Source: Eledone cirrhosa
Taxonomy: Eukaryota
Reading direction: 5' to 3'
Assembly: GCA_964016885.1 (NCBI GenBank)
Contig: OZ024741.1
Span: 323,702,001-323,766,000, forward strand
DNA: 64,000 bases
The notes beneath the pieces are model-generated. The model was not told the DNA's origin and did not search any database. It was given only the letters and a program-made list of their open reading frames with translations. Positions 14,174-31,330 of this stretch are shown here, in pieces (positions within the stretch are counted from its first letter, which is position 1; each line of letters starts with the position of its first letter). A program made the position numbers and the translations under genes.

Positions 14174-14700
14174 GTGTATGGTTTGCTAAATGTTGTGGAA
14201 CAAGCTCTATATCGAAGTCGTCTTTTGGACTGAGTGCTCTACCAGCTTCGGATATAACCCCCCCCCCCCGGTATTTACAACAGTACACATATATGTATAC
14301 ATAGTCCAAAGGACGAGTTCGATATAGAGTTTGTTCCACAACAAATTAGCAAACCATACACGAGGACACGTGTTTCACCGGACAGATTTTCAACACGTGT
14401 ATGGCTGCGGTGAGTACGGAAGTATATATGAGCTCGCTGGATTCTCCGCGGCGGATGTCGGTAGTTTGACGAAAAGAAAGACATCTCAAATTAGACTGTT
14501 GTAGGGGTGGGGGCAACCTTTGAAGATCGATTGTTTGTGTTAGTTCAGAGGGGTTAAACTTCTGTTTATCCTGGGTCCTTCCAGATAACATTACTCCCTG
14601 GTTATCGGCTTTCGAAATATACGTATACAGTTTCAACCACTATCATCAGTACTACCTTTAACTACTGTCCTGTTGTATTTACTTACAAATTTCTATATAG
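14167..14700. mobile_element. Inverted-repeat short element adjacent to (TA)n
   Basis: Arms of ~65 bp: TGTCCTCGTGTATGG..TTGGACT (14167-14231) / AGTCCAAA..CACGAGGACA (14303-14368). Confidence 0.55.
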
Positions 14701-14955
14701 CGACTTGGCCTGAATTGACAGCCCATACTTATTAAAGTATAATGTTATATAGTCAAGTATTAGTTATATAATTGTAAAATGGAATCATGGAATAATATAA
14801 TAATAGTTTCTCATTTAGGCACAAGGCCAATGTATATATATCATTTATATATGTTCAAACGCAGAACAAGTAAAAAGCTACCTTAGGTTTCAAGGTCCAG
14901 TTACCATCATCTTCACAGACTGTGCACGGTGGTATATATATATATATTTATATAT

Positions 14956-14986
<31 letters not shown>

Positions 14987-15206
14987 CATAAAATTAAGAT
15001 AAATCAAATGAATTTAATCTAAATCAAAATTATGGGTGTCATGCCAGAAAGACATGCGCCATATCACCCGGAAAATATAAGGTATCTATTTTTGAAGTTC
15101 TGGTCAACTTTATTTAGTTACCTACCTAGCTATGTGTGGTTACACACTTGTAAAAATTATCTCCTGTGATTATTCATATTTATTTATATGTTAATCAATC
15201 TCTAGT

Positions 15207-15291
<85 letters not shown>

Positions 15292-15922
15292 AAAGTTCTA
15301 TTTAAATTGTTGGGATACAACAAGCAAATATTTTTATAACTGATATAAAGCACTCAACAAGTATTTGGAGTAAACATACGATATTAACAAATATATATAT
15401 AGATATATGTTTGTTTTGTAAGTGTGTATATTTATTGAAAAAAGGAGGAAAATATAGAAGAAAAAAGAAGACTGTATATGGTACAAATTGACAGTATATT
15501 CGTTAAAGCTTTTGAACATTGAGAAAGTGGTAAGTATATCGTCATTTGATATATCTGTGACCGACAGTAGTTAAAAAGAACAGGCTAATAGGGAAGTTTG
15601 GCGGGAGGATACTAAAAATAGCAACATCTCGCTTGGCCAATCAAAGCAACACAACCGATCATATCATGGTATCAGGAGTGACATATTTTGGCGAATGAGA
15701 TCGATAAAATGCTAAGAGCATAGAAGCTATCGCAATGCTAGCGACCTTGCTTCCTGGAGAACTGCCCAATGATAACACAGGCGAGGAGAAATTGTTTTAG
15801 AGCAAATCAATGTGATACGTTCTCCGGAGAGCGATACCCGAATAGAACGTATGAAGCTGATAAGAATCATATATATATATATACGTATATATTTAATATA
15901 ATATAATATATATATACGTATA

Positions 15923-16004
<82 letters not shown>

Positions 16005-16010
<6 letters not shown>

Positions 16011-16350
16011 TTCTGAAAAAATTGTTTTGGTAAAAACAGGAGCAAGCAGGAGAAAGCTCTCAACACTGGTAGTTTGTAGTTACGATGGAGATTCAGTATA
16101 ATAATAATTTTAAGAACGATGCTCATGTTACATAAATCGTTTATTCATATTAATTATTTCAACGGTTCTCCCATGCAATCAAGATGTAATTCATGCATTT
16201 GCTGTTGTTATGAGAACGGTATCCTCAGATGAAATTCAACAAACAACAACAAATGCATGAATTACATCTTGATTGCATGGGAGAACCGTTGAAATAATTA
16301 TAATGAATAAACGATTTATGTAACATCATCATCTTTCTTAATGTTATTAT
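16005..16350 (-). mobile_element. Fold-back hammerhead-bearing short element in (TA)n
   Basis: Inverted arms ~16120-16210 / 16245-16330. The minus strand at 16144-16233 reads TTCAT-CTGAGGA-TACCGTTCTC..GAGAACCGTT-GAAA-TAATTA-..ATGAA. Second copy at 27340-27862. Confidence 0.7.
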
Positions 16351-16361
16351 ATATATATATA

Positions 16362-16552
16362 GGGCAGTGGATTGCCAGTATTGGTAGAGGGTCGGACGTC
16401 ATGCTTTGCAGCAAAGAGCTACGGCCCTTTATGGTATGAGTTCAAATCCCGCCGAGGTTAACTCTGCCTTTCATCCTTACAGAGTTGATAAAATAAAGTA
16501 CCAGTAATACACTGGGTATTTGCTGGCCTTGTGCCAAAAGCAGAAATAATTA
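16362..16552 (+). mobile_element. SINE family A, near full length
   Basis: tRNA-like head GGCAGTGGATTGCCAGTATTGGTAGAG..GAGTTCAAATCC plus family core. Confidence 0.8.
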
Positions 16553-16733
16553 TATATGGCGGCGATGATGAAGGACAGAGACCGCTGGAGAGAACTCGTC
16601 CATGGATCTCAGGAATTTTACCCGCCCTACATATATATATATATATGTATATATATACATACGTATGTGTGTGTATCTGTTTGTGGGTGTGGGGGTGCAT
16701 AGAGAAATATGTATATATATATATGTGTATATA

Positions 16734-16838
<105 letters not shown>

Positions 16839-16919
16839 GTATATATACACACATATATATATATACATATTTCTCTATGCACCCCCACACCCACAAACAG
16901 ATACACACACATACGTATG

Positions 16920-16949
<30 letters not shown>

Positions 16950-16953
<4 letters not shown>

Positions 16954-17530
16954 GGGCGGGTAAAATTCCTGAGATCCGTGGACGAGTTCTCTCCAGCGGT
17001 CTCTGTCCTTCATCATCGCCGCCACGTCCTGCGTCTCCAAGAGACCTGTGTCTGTCCTTATGGCATCCATATTTGTCAACGTCGGTCTCCTTCCTCTAGA
17101 GTGTTCCAGTAGGGGCTCCCACAGGAGCACTGAGTGCAGTGTCAACTCTGAATGTCGGTGAGTATGTGCTACTCTCCAGCTGACTTTTGGGAGGCTTCCG
17201 TACAGCTCTGAGCTCTTCATCCTCAGTGTATACTGATTAATGTTCAGAGCCATCCTTAGCATTCTCGTGTAGCACTCATACACCATCTGAGTGAATTTCT
17301 TGGTCAATGTCCAAGTCTCAGACCGGTGCAGTACCACATACTCCACTGTAGCAACGAAGAGACGGATATTCAGGTCTTTACGAACGTCCGACTTTCACAC
17401 CGACCTCAAACTGTGGTACGCCATCCAGGCTTTGCTCTTCTCTCAACCACACCATCTTCTGTGTTCCTAATCTTCACTCCCAGATACAGGAAGTCCTCAA
17501 CCAAAGAGAGCGTCAGCCCCAGGGCTCGAT
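16950..17530 (-). mobile_element. Decayed RTE-clade LINE 3' fragment
   Basis: Translation [55 protein letters not shown] is a typical RTE ORF C-terminus. Confidence 0.8.
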
Positions 17531-18417
17531 AAACAGAAAATCTGCAACAATATAAACTCGAATTCATAGATATTTGAACTTAACTGATGGTGGTGGTGTA
17601 GAAGGTTGTAGTGCCTGTGATGATGGTGGTGGTAGATGTAGTGGTGCTGGTGGTTGAAGTGGTATTTTGGGAGTGTTGGGGATAGTTTCTAGTGGGGGTG
17701 TGTGTGTGTGGGGATAGTAGTGCAGCAGGTAGCGGGATTTTGGTAATGGGGATGTTAGTTGTAGATGGCAGTAGTGGGGATAATGATGGTAGTGATGCTT
17801 GTAGAGATTTTGGCAGTGGTGTTGATGCCTGCTGGTGACTTGGAAGTGGTTGAAATTGTAGTTGTGTTAGTGATAATTGTGTAGTGCTTATATTGGCAGT
17901 AGTGGTAGAAGAAGTGATCTTGATATCGAGATGGTTGGATCAATATATACGAAATGAACATGGCTTACCTTTAATCCCCCCTCACCTGTTCATCTTTATT
18001 GGCACTATGGATTCTAATAAAGGCGGTGGTTGGAATTTGGGTAAGGTTGGTGATTGTGGGGGTGATGGGTTGGGTAGAAACACACACAACCAATATTGGA
18101 TCCCTGCTAATCTCGATTCTTTGCCAATATCGTGTCCCTGTCAATATCAGGATCTTGTCAATATCGGATCTTGTCAATATACTTTGATTCTGCAAAGTGT
18201 GTGTTGGGCTTCCGTCGTATCTAACGAAGAATGCTCTGGTAGTCTGATGAACGGATCAGCCTTTTAGTGAAGTGTTGAAACAGTATTCGTTTTGTAGATG
18301 CTACTACTAAGGGAAATAAAATACGTACTCCCTCTACATGATATATTAAATACCTTACTTTCATTGTGGTCCTCTTCTCTTCTTTAACGGAATACAACTC
18401 TACTATTCTTGTATATG

Positions 18418-18482
<65 letters not shown>

Positions 18483-18484
18483 AT

Positions 18485-19080
18485 ATGAAAGACGTAAAAT
18501 AAGAAAATTTTAAAAATTAAAAATCAACTTACTAAAATTTTTACTCCAACTAATTAGTTTCTGTAATGGGATAAATATAGTTACATAATATATATAACTA
18601 TAGAGAATTCATTACGTCATCAGGGAGTCCATTCTCAGCTAAGTTCCCAGGCAATGCGCGGACACTAGGAACCCATATAAAAATAATAATTCAGTAGATG
18701 GAAAGAAGCTAGCGTGGACTAAATTCCGGAGCACTGAAAAAATTTCACTGCCTCTGGTCAGTGGCAGATTCTAAAGAATCAATCACGTGACACCGAGGTT
18801 AATCAGTTAGGAGCGGGGTATTATGACAAGAGCCTACTACTACCATGAAACAGCAGTAAATTTTGGCCAGTTTTGCTCAACAAATAATTTGGAGATAAAT
18901 ATGGAGAATTAGTACATCTACCAACATATGTGTACAGCTGTACACTCATGCTAGCAAATATATAAGTTATGTCTTAGTACCTATGTGGTTCTATGCAGGT
19001 GAATGCAGAACAATTATATGAAAGACGTAAAATAAGAAAATTTTAATAATTAAAAATCAACTTACTTACTAAAATTTTAT
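18485..19080 (-). mobile_element. Direct-repeat-bounded hammerhead element (retrozyme/pLTR-like)
   Basis: Direct repeats of ~55 bp (ATGAAAGACGTAAAATAAGAAAATTTT) at ~18485 and ~19018. Ribozyme motif at 18543-18628. Confidence 0.65.
18543..18628 (-). ncRNA. Type I hammerhead ribozyme
   Basis: ACTCC-CTGATGA-CGTAATG..CATTACA-GAAA-CTAATTAG-TT-GGAGT. Perfect stem I and palindromic stem III. Confidence 0.8.
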
Positions 19081-19084
19081 ATGT

Positions 19085-22548
<3,464 letters not shown>

Positions 22549-22584
22549 CTTCTCTTCTGTAACGGAATACAACTCTACTATTCT

Positions 22585-22642
<58 letters not shown>

Positions 22643-23151
22643 TATGATGATGATGATGATGAACTCTCTCGTCGATACCCGACGTATGAGTGTCCAACAA
22701 AAGTTAAATGTGATAAAGTGAACTGATGTTGAACTTCCCGCACACAGTTCTATTTTAAGTGGTTAAGGCTTGTGTAGGACCAATCACACTTTTTGGAACT
22801 GACGACACATATCTTCGGTGCAAATGTTTGCCACGGAAAATACGATAGCCCTAACACACACATACACACACACAAAATATACATACTAAAAAAAAAAACA
22901 CTCTTTGGATGGCCGTTGACTCTGCTGATTTCCTCCGCTCTTTGTCTGTTCTTGTATTTCATCCCGCAAGGTGTCCAAATATCACCCTCCTTACCAAGCA
23001 AGCTTCGTGGGGTTGCCGGTTTAGTCGCCGACGATCCGACTATGAGACTGGTTGTACTGGGTTACATGTTACCAGTAGCACTCGAGAGTGATCTGAGATT
23101 ATATATATGTATATATATGTGTACACACACACACAAACACACACACACACA

Positions 23152-24272
<1,121 letters not shown>

Positions 24273-25488
24273 TGAAATAGTCGTTAAGACAGATGGTACA
24301 TAATCGTATGTATTGGATTATACATATTTCAGTGACACCAGCGGGGAACTGTTATTGTTGTTGTTGTCCAAAGATAAATACATTGGTAAATATACATCAA
24401 TAGATAATTATAGATTGCTATTCAGACAAGTTGTTAGAGAAGTAATTATGTAGCAATTAGGTAGGTAGATAGATAAATAGGCATTTATGTAGCGAGGTAG
24501 AGAGTTAGGAAGCTAGATAAAGAGATAAGTAGGTAGATCGATAGATAAACATATAGTTAGACAAACGCACAAATAGTTAGATGGATAGATGGATAAAGAG
24601 CCAGACAGTCAGGTAGTCAGTTGTGCATACATGATAGACCGATGTATTTATTATCTAAAAACAGATACATAGGTAGGTAAATTATAGATAGCCGCCCGTT
24701 TCAAATCTGACCTTTTTGTGAACACTAGTGTGGAAAGATAGAGAGGAAGATAGCTTTGTACAGCTTGAGATGAGACAGATGTAAAAAAAATGAATGGTCT
24801 GAGGAACAAAGATTTTTTGTGTTCTACAAGTGTCCTAGTCACACATACATACATGATGGCTGCCCCCTCGTTATCGAGTATGGTCATTGCACGATATACC
24901 ATTATTAATAATTATTAATTAATTCTATCGTGCAATGCCTGTGCGTGAAGATATTTTTTAAACTGAGGAAAGACTGTGCACTGAGCCAATCCCACTCTCT
25001 GAGCGACAGTAGCTATAACCTGAAAAGAAGAAAAGATCAACATCATCGGTAACTACTGAGCCGCAGGTTTTATATCGGAGTTATTACAGTTTTCTGAGTT
25101 GCCTTCTCCTAGAAGAATGCTCTGACACAGGCTAGGGTTCCTTCACTCCCAGTTAAACATACATACATACATGCATGCATACATAATCATGTATATATAC
25201 ACGCAGACATAAATACATACATACATAGATACATACAAACATACACACACACATATATATATACATACATACATATATTCATACATACATACATTCATAT
25301 ATACATATGAATCAAAATGGACTCGGTCAAAAATGTACTCGAAATTAAGAGAAAGAAAAACATACATACAGAATGTGTCTTTGCTTCCGGTAACTTAGAA
25401 ACAGGTTTCGTGCTGAGAGTGATTGGCATTTGGGCCTCCAAAATGTATCCAATCAAAAAATTTATATATAGAAATATACATAGACATA

Positions 25489-25526
<38 letters not shown>

Positions 25527-25557
25527 TGTATATATATAAATACATATATATAAATAG

Positions 25558-25607
<50 letters not shown>

Positions 25608-25888
25608 AAATGTATATATATAAATACATATATATAAATAGATACACACACACACACGCACACACACACATATATATATATAACAAAGAAAGTGTGGTAA
25701 GGAACCAGGTGGACCATAACTCACCAGAGTACTCGATACTTACCGTAGTAGAGTGGGTAATCGGAAAAGAGTCAGGGTCTGACTATTTTATTATATATAT
25801 ATATGCACACACACATACACAGGTATATAAACATACATACACACACATATGCGCATATAAACATACACATATATATACTATATATATA

Positions 25889-25994
<106 letters not shown>

Positions 25995-26085
25995 CATATA
26001 TGTGCATACACATATATATATATATATATATATAATGTATATATATATATATATACACACACACATATATATATATATATACTCG

Positions 26086-26150
<65 letters not shown>

Positions 26151-26844
26151 AACATATACTTGGAGTTTTAGCAATTATATTTTGTGTCTTTAATTAGAAG
26201 TTTAGACGTATTATTTATAAAATTGATAAATGATATTGTAATGCATATTTAATGATTTCATTCAATTCGTTAGAATAATATCGATTTACAACACGCAAAG
26301 CTGGATTTTGTTTAAAAAGTATTATTATAACAGTGATAGCGTCACAATGACAGTAACGTATTACATTACTTTTATATAGCAATGGACTTCAAAATAAATG
26401 ATGTTTTCTGTTTAAGTATTGCAAAGTGTTTCACGGAACTATTTCAATACACAAGATGGATGCTTTCACAAAAGCCACTCTATTTAACAAACGATCTACT
26501 TGTCGTTTCATAAGATTTTCATAATGGCTATGAAGTAAAATAAAATCCATTCAGATCTATGAGGATCTTATCTAATTCCACTGATATTATATACTTTTTG
26601 TGTATAAAACATTGGCTGCAGACTCACATTTCCATACAGAGTATCCATGACGTGGCTGGGATTACTTAGTAATAGTACTAACATAGTGTGATTCATAATA
26701 GAGGTGTGTATGCAGACATCCACACATATCTACCTAGTTGATGTTGTTTAAATTCCAATGAATGAGTCTTGTATCTACGTTAGAAACCGAATCTCTTTCT
26801 ATTGGTAACAATTTATAAAATTATAAAACCAGAAGAACATAGAC

Positions 26845-26995
26845 ACTTCAAATCCTGCTGAGGTTAGCTTTGTCTTTCATCCTTACGGGGTCGATAAAAT
26901 AAAGCACCAGTAAAGCACCAGTAATGCACTGGGGTCGATTTAACCGACTTTCCCCGTTCTAAAAAATTGCTGGCTTTGTGCTTAAAGTAGAAAAC
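26845..26995 (+). mobile_element. SINE family A
   Basis: TTCAAATCC..CTTTCATCCTTACGGGGTCGATAAAATAAAG core. Confidence 0.75.
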
Positions 26996-27308
26996 ATGTG
27001 TGTGAATGTATATGCATAAAACTCCAGTATGGCCGCAGTCCTCCGACTAGGACGAGTTCAAGAGTAAAGAACCAATATAGAATACTTTACGATAAACTGT
27101 ACAGCTCCAAAGATTATCTTTTTATTCTTTTACTCTTCTACTGGTCTCAATCATTAGACTGGGGCCAATTACATCGACACCTCTACTCATTTATATATAC
27201 AAGTCTGATATATATTTCAGCCATAGTTTCTTTGTCGAACCACTAAGTTATGTGACACAAGCGTAAACATTGACAAGACACGAGACACACACACACACAC
27301 ACACACAA

Positions 27309-27339
<31 letters not shown>

Positions 27340-27340
<1 letters not shown>

Positions 27341-27859
27341 TGTGTTCAGCAGAGATTGTTTTGGTAAAAACAGGAGTAAGCAGGAGAAAGCTCTCAACAT
27401 TCGTAGTTTGTAGTTCTAGCATAGTTATGTCCCTTTACGGTCAGAGTTCAAATGCCGTCGAGGTTAACTTTGCCTTTCATGCTTATGGGGTCGATAAAAT
27501 AAAGTACCAGTAATGTACTGAGTATTTTGCTGGCCTTGTGCCAAAAGTAGAAACAATTATAAGAATAACTTTAAGAAAGATGCTGATGTTACATATATCG
27601 TTTATTCATTATAATTATTGTGTTTGTTGTTGTTATGAGAATGGTATCCTCAGATGAAAATACGATTTTGACATATGACAGCCGGGCATACGAACAGAAG
27701 GACGTGTCTTTTTGCCTGCAGCATATCACAAATTCGCATTTTCATCTCAGGATACCTTTCTCATAATAACAACAGATGAATGAATTACATGAGGGAACCG
27801 TTGAAATAATTATGATGAATAAACAATTTATGTAACATCAACATCTTTCTTGATGTTAT

Positions 27860-27862
<3 letters not shown>
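27340..27862. mobile_element. Second copy of the 16005-16350 element, interrupted by a SINE A insertion (~27415-27560)
   Basis: Shares ATTGTTTTGGTAAAAACAGGAG..GTAGTTTGTAGTT and TTTAAGAA.GATGCT.ATGTTACATA. Contains a long hairpin at 27585-27850. Confidence 0.7.
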
Positions 27863-27932
<70 letters not shown>

Positions 27933-28172
27933 TATATATATATTACCACAGTAAGTAAGGTACTCAATACATATATATATATCTGTTTACCTTTTACATA
28001 CATACATACATACATATATATATATATATGTATGTAAAAGGTAAACATATATATATATATGCATTGAGTACCTTACTTACTGTGGTTACCCCCGATTGAA
28101 CCCGGGATAAAGTTACATATATATATATGTATATATATAATAATAAAATGTGGAGAGGAAGCACACGAGTAA

Positions 28173-28239
<67 letters not shown>

Positions 28240-28244
<5 letters not shown>

Positions 28245-29600
28245 ACAGGGGGAAAGAGACGATTATTAGGAAGAAAAATATTTTTTTTCCTTTTTTGTTT
28301 CTTTCTCTTTTTTTCTGGGTTAGAAAATGATTAAAACGAAATGTTTTACTTTGTGTGAAGTGTTAAGGTATTAGTTGATTTATTTATTATTTAACAATGG
28401 CATTTATTTATCTATTTATATATTTAATAATTGTCTATTACCGGTTTCAGCATTTTTATACATTATCAAATGATAGTGAAATGTATTAGTGTGGTTTCAC
28501 ACATGTTAAAGAGAAGGTGTAGAAAGAATAATGTTATTTACAAACAAGGTTTATGAAGTGAAAAGGAAAAAAAAAACGAAAAAAAAACGGTCATAATGTA
28601 GAGCATAAAAAGTCAACGTGGAAGAAAAAATAATGTTATTTACAGGCTTAGTTCTTGAAGTTAAGCAGATCAAAATGTGTTAATATAGCAAAAGTGCTTA
28701 GTTGATCCATGATTCCATGATGGAGGCAAATGGTGGACTGGGGTTTGATATGATTTCCCTTTTTAGAGAGTTAATATGCAGGGGGAAGCAATTATTGCTG
28801 GATGATATTTAATTTATTTAAGAAAAAGGATTAGGTAGGGTGTTTAGGGAGCTAACTCTTGTAAATGTTTGATTGTTTGTTGCAGTTTTAGATTGGTCCG
28901 ATTTTTAGAGCATTTAGTAGAGGTTGGAATTTGTTAATGAAATATGTTTCCTTATTGGTACGTTGGATGAAAGTAGCGTTGTCTATGAATTTGTAAATGG
29001 GGAAACTTTTAAAGTTTGGATGTTGGTTGTGAGCACAAGTGGCGATATGTTCACTAAATGCAATCTTTCTGTATTCCTGTATTTTAATTTGTGATTTATG
29101 GACGGTCATACGTTGACGGAGGCTGTTTTTTGTCTGCCCTATGTAGTGCTCTTGACAACTTGAGCAGGTCAAAACATAGATTAGGTTTTCAGATGCACAT
29201 GTAAAGTTGTGTTTAACTTTGAAACGCTGTCCTTGTTTAAAGTGGAATGTTGAACCTTCTATTAGATTTATGCATATGCCACAGTTGGGCCTTCCGCATT
29301 TTGTTACTGTAGGGTTCATTGTGAGGGTTTGTTGGATTTTGGCTTGTGTGAGGATGTTTTTTATGGATTTAGGTTGTCTTTTACTCTTTATGATGTTGTG
29401 TGTTTGGAGGATTTTATTCATTCTTGGGTATCTTTTTAGTAAAGGAATGTTTTGGAGGATGGTGTCGAATGCCTCATTGTTGAAGGGGTTGTGTGTGGAG
29501 ATGTATGGTAGAGTCTTTTGTTGCGGTTTATTTCTTGGTTTGGGGTGTCTAAGTTCCTGGATGTCTAGTTTTAGGGCACGTTGGAATCCATTGTACACGA
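28240..29600 (-). mobile_element. 5'-truncated Penelope-like element: GIY-YIG endonuclease domain plus 3' UTR/pLTR
   Basis: ORF 28888-29598 contains LPYISTHNP, KCGRPNCGIC and FTCASENLIYVLTCSSCQEHYIGQTKNSLRQRMTVH..E..FINKFQPLLN. Variant hammerhead at 28436-28472 (-). Confidence 0.9.
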
Positions 29601-30025
29601 ATCCAGGTACGCCTCCTTGAGACTAGCAATATCATTTTGTTTATTTCACAACCAGCAATTTCTAAGAGATTACTAAGTTAAGTTATAGATTTGACATTGT
29701 ATAATTTATCGTTTCAAGCTTGATGTTCATACATTAAGTGATGTCATAACTTTTACAATATTATGCTTTGTACATAATAGTGTCTATTATTCACTTCACT
29801 TCTCTATTTCATGATGCGCTTTTACTGTTGTCAAAAAAGACACCGAGCTCACATATTAATTATTTCGCTGGTATAGTGCATAAGGTTTTCATGTTTACAT
29901 AAAGTACGTTTTTCTTCTATGTATTCACATTTACTTTGTTTAGTTTAATGAGCTACATCGAAAGCTACTTGAACCGTCCAAAGGACGGGTAGTTTAGCTA
30001 GTATATATATATGTATATATATATG

Positions 30026-30082
<57 letters not shown>

Positions 30083-30127
30083 GAAAAGTATAGAAATTGT
30101 TGTAGCGAGAAGCTAACAGTATTCCAT

Positions 30128-30181
<54 letters not shown>

Positions 30182-30204
30182 CACACATACACACACACAT
30201 ATAT

Positions 30205-30269
<65 letters not shown>

Positions 30270-30728
30270 TATATATGTGTGTATATATATATACACAAAT
30301 AATGGGCGTTTTCCGTTTCTCTCTATCACATTTCTGTCTATGACGTTCTACCCGCAAAGAATTGGTCATTTCTGAACCACGCAGCCATGTCTGCGTCTGT
30401 TACGGTGAATATTGTCTACAATCAGTGATTTTCATAGTGATTTTTAAAATCTTTTATTATAATTGGTTTTATTTTTGCCTTTTTTTGTATTCTTCCTTCA
30501 ATATCTCTGTATTTCTCTCACTTATCTTTCTCTATCTCTCTCTATCACAACCTCCTTTCTCTATCACTATGTTTACCTTCTCTTTATCTCCCCTCGCTTT
30601 ATCTCTGTCTCACCCTCTCAATTCCCCTCTCTCCTCTCTCTCTGTCTTCGATCTCTCTGCTCTTTATCTGCTCTATTCTCTTGCTTTTTTAAGCTTAATA
30701 ACATTAATTCCATAACATATTGGTGGCT

Positions 30729-30742
30729 GTTACCATGGAAAC
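30729..30742. promoter_or_regulatory. RFX X-box-like motif
   Basis: GTTACCATGGAAAC closely fits the imperfect palindrome GTTNCCATGGNAAC. Confidence 0.5.
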
Positions 30743-30914
30743 AATAATACATCACACACATGGGAATATGTGTAAACACAGGCGCACACATACACAAATA
30801 CATACACACACGCGCACACAAGCTCTCTCTTCCTTTCTCTCTTTCTCTCTCTCTCTCTCACTCTCTCCTTCACACACACGTATATATATATATAATATAT
30901 ATATTTATATATAT

Positions 30915-30946
<32 letters not shown>

Positions 30947-31009
30947 ATATATATTATATATATATTTATATATATTATATATATATTTATATATATATTA
31001 AATATATAT

Positions 31010-31078
<69 letters not shown>

Positions 31079-31299
31079 CACACACACGCACGCACACGCA
31101 CAGACAGACACACACACACAGCACGCAACACAGACACACGCACATATTATATATATATGGACACATATATTTAATTGTGTGTGAGTTTTGTTGACTTGAT
31201 ACAGGGGAGAGAAAAAAAAAAAAACTGGAAACACTGAAGCAGCAGAAGCTGGTCTGAGTCTTGGGGAACTGTTGGTGCTAGTCTCCACGGAATTGGTCA

Positions 31300-31313
31300 G
31301 TTTCCATGGTAAC
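31300..31313. promoter_or_regulatory. RFX X-box-like motif
   Basis: GTTTCCATGGTAAC, the exact reverse complement of the motif at 30729. Confidence 0.5.
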
Positions 31314-31330
31314 TATGACATGCAATCTAA

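Noticed and set aside
16362-16450. tRNA gene candidates (A/B boxes) here and at 7955, 49950, 51772
   Set aside because: They continue into SINE bodies, and no complete cloverleaf could be drawn.
17590-17910. Pro/Thr-rich minus-strand ORF
   Set aside because: Degenerate (GGT/AGT)n low-complexity sequence with no splice support.
30729-31313. MITE defined by 14-bp inverted repeats
   Set aside because: Complementarity does not extend beyond 14 bp and there is no target-site duplication. An X-box interpretation fits better.
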